Origin: Schaalia odontolytica
Lineage (GTDB): Bacteria > Actinomycetota > Actinomycetes > Actinomycetales > Actinomycetaceae
Direction: 5' to 3'
Assembly: GCF_005696695.1 (NCBI RefSeq)
Contig: NZ_CP040006.1
Location: forward strand, 60,001-92,000
Length of the DNA: 32,000 nt
Below are positions 31,213-32,000 of this stretch, piece after piece (position 1 is the stretch's first letter; each line of letters opens with the position of its first letter). Under the pieces are notes generated by a model. The model did no database searches and had not been told where the DNA came from. It saw only the letters and a program-made list of their open reading frames with translations. Both the position numbers and the translations under genes were made by a program.

Positions 31213-31272
31213 CTGGTTCTGGGGTACCCCGGTGTCTTCCCGAATGGAATAGAAGGCCGTTAAGGCGGCTTC

Positions 31273-31722
31273 ATGATCTGGAGGTTGCTTCAGTTGGATA
31301 GCGTGCTGTTACTTGTCGCCCCCATCCTCATTATTTTCCTTATCGCGCTGGCAATCGATGCTGGGGTAACGAAGAGGCGCGAGAGGAAGGCCGCCGAAGC
31401 GGCGGCGTGGGCCGCACAGGCCTACGGAGCTGCTTGGGATCCTCAAGGCGCACTGAGCGTCCAGAAACCACGCCGCGGCTCAAAGGTGGTGCGCTCCTGC
31501 GTCATTTTGGGATTCGTTATCCTGGGAAGCGTCGTCTATTGGCCGCTGTTGGTGCTCCTGGTAGACCCTATTGTTTCGGGTGGCAATGCATCAGAAGCTG
31601 ATGCTGGCCTTATGTTCCTGTTGTGCCTTATCTTCGTGGCTCTGTTCAGCCTTCTTGCCTTCCTGTTCGCCTTCATTGCACATCTCGCCGTCAAGGGTGC
31701 GGAGCGGAATCAGGGGTACTAA
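31273..31722 (+). CDS. Small membrane protein, array member X3 (149 aa; an extra N-terminal TM plus the two-TM core)
   Basis: ORF track 31273..31722. Core: ..QKPRRGSKVVRSCVILGFVILGSVVYWPLLVLLV, loop DPIVSGGNASEADAG, then LMFLLCLIFVALFSLLAFLFAFIAHLAV, then a charged tail. Confidence 0.65.
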   Translation: MIWRLLQLDSVLLLVAPILIIFLIALAIDAGVTKRRERKAAEAAAWAAQAYGAAWDPQGALSVQKPRRGSKVVRSCVILGFVILGSVVYWPLLVLLVDPIVSGGNASEADAGLMFLLCLIFVALFSLLAFLFAFIAHLAVKGAERNQGY

Positions 31723-31738
31723 GACCGTCCACGCGTAC

Positions 31739-31804
31739 GCCGCGGCCGTTGCGCTATGGTGGTGCAAGACATCACCCCAGCGGCGGGCAGTGAAAGGATC
31801 AGGC
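31739..31804 (+). repeat. Junction block D: relic plus a conserved leader
   Basis: GCCGCGGCCGTTGCGCTATGGTGGTG..CACCCCAGCGGCGGGCAGTGAAAGGATCAGGC matches block B. It starts 16 nt after the X3 stop. Unlike block B, it has no stop codon in the relic frame before the next ATG. Confidence 0.75.
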
Positions 31805-32000
31805 ATGAGCGAGAGCACGAGTGGAGTGTCCCCTTCGACGAAGAAGAGTGGAAACTACAAGATTCCGCTCATTCTTGGTGCTATTGGGCTTCTGCTGATG
31901 ATTAGCCCGTTCTTCTATTCGGCGTACGTCGACGCAACCGTCGGTCGGGGTGATCCCAATAGCGTTTCGTCGGGTTGGGCCTTCGTGTGGGCCTTCTATC
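31805..32000 (+). CDS. Small membrane protein, array member X4 (partial; runs off the right edge)
   Basis: Not in the ORF track because there is no stop in the window. Hand translation: MSESTSGVSPSTKKSGNYKIPLILGAIGLLLMISPFFYSAYVDATVGRGDPNSVSSGWAFVWAFY.. It has the same plan as X2, and it also shares the leader and first codons with X2. Confidence 0.65.
   Translation, partial: MSESTSGVSPSTKKSGNYKIPLILGAIGLLLMISPFFYSAYVDATVGRGDPNSVSSGWAFVWAFY

Noticed and set aside
29663-32000. An integron-like interpretation of the small-gene array (cassettes separated by attC sites).
   Set aside because: The window contains no integron integrase. The junction blocks lack the paired R''-L''/L'-R' inverted-core structure. 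The only hairpin I could draw in block B is 8 bp with a bulge, and it is not conserved in block D. The repeats are better explained as relics of a coding 3' end.

Overview
High-GC, Actinobacteria-type chromosomal DNA; codon bias and leaderless promoters suggest Actinomycetaceae, but this is not proven. All calls come from reading the sequence and ORF track by eye and from motif recall. No database search was run. Most of the window is ordinary transport and metabolism: a siderophore/cobalamin-type ABC importer (1-2509, minus strand), a HAD-like 5'-nucleotidase, a fused ECF transporter (4793-7800), a DASS carrier coupled to a soluble histidine kinase and a lone receiver (13404-17444), a polar amino-acid ABC importer (20561-23088, minus strand), a cupin/amidohydrolase/SAH-hydrolase-like block (23618-26963, minus strand) and a MacB/FtsX-type ABC exporter (27573-29662). 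Three patches look accessory. (1) 29.7-32.0 kb is the best candidate for something undescribed. It is a tandem array of four divergent small two-TM protein genes. Each is preceded by a relic of the 3' end of one tail-anchored protein gene, and two of them also share a conserved leader and first codons. The array runs off the right edge. (2) 8.0-13.3 kb lies downstream of tRNA-Leu(CAG). An intact and a 5'-truncated, internally deleted copy of the same luciferase-like oxidoreductase gene bracket a cmtR plus P1B-ATPase metal cargo, together with MITE-like inverted-repeat elements and a 160-bp nested palindrome. No integrase or transposase is visible. (3) 3775-4614 encodes a membrane-anchored PASTA-like plus double Ltp-repeat protein. 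The window also contains a frameshifted nfsA-like nitroreductase, two paralogous small Lys/Glu/Ala-rich proteins flanking the SAH-hydrolase-like block (one is a 50-codon gene missing from the ORF track), and recurring GC-rich palindromes. No rRNA, CRISPR array or recognisable phage or defence genes were seen.
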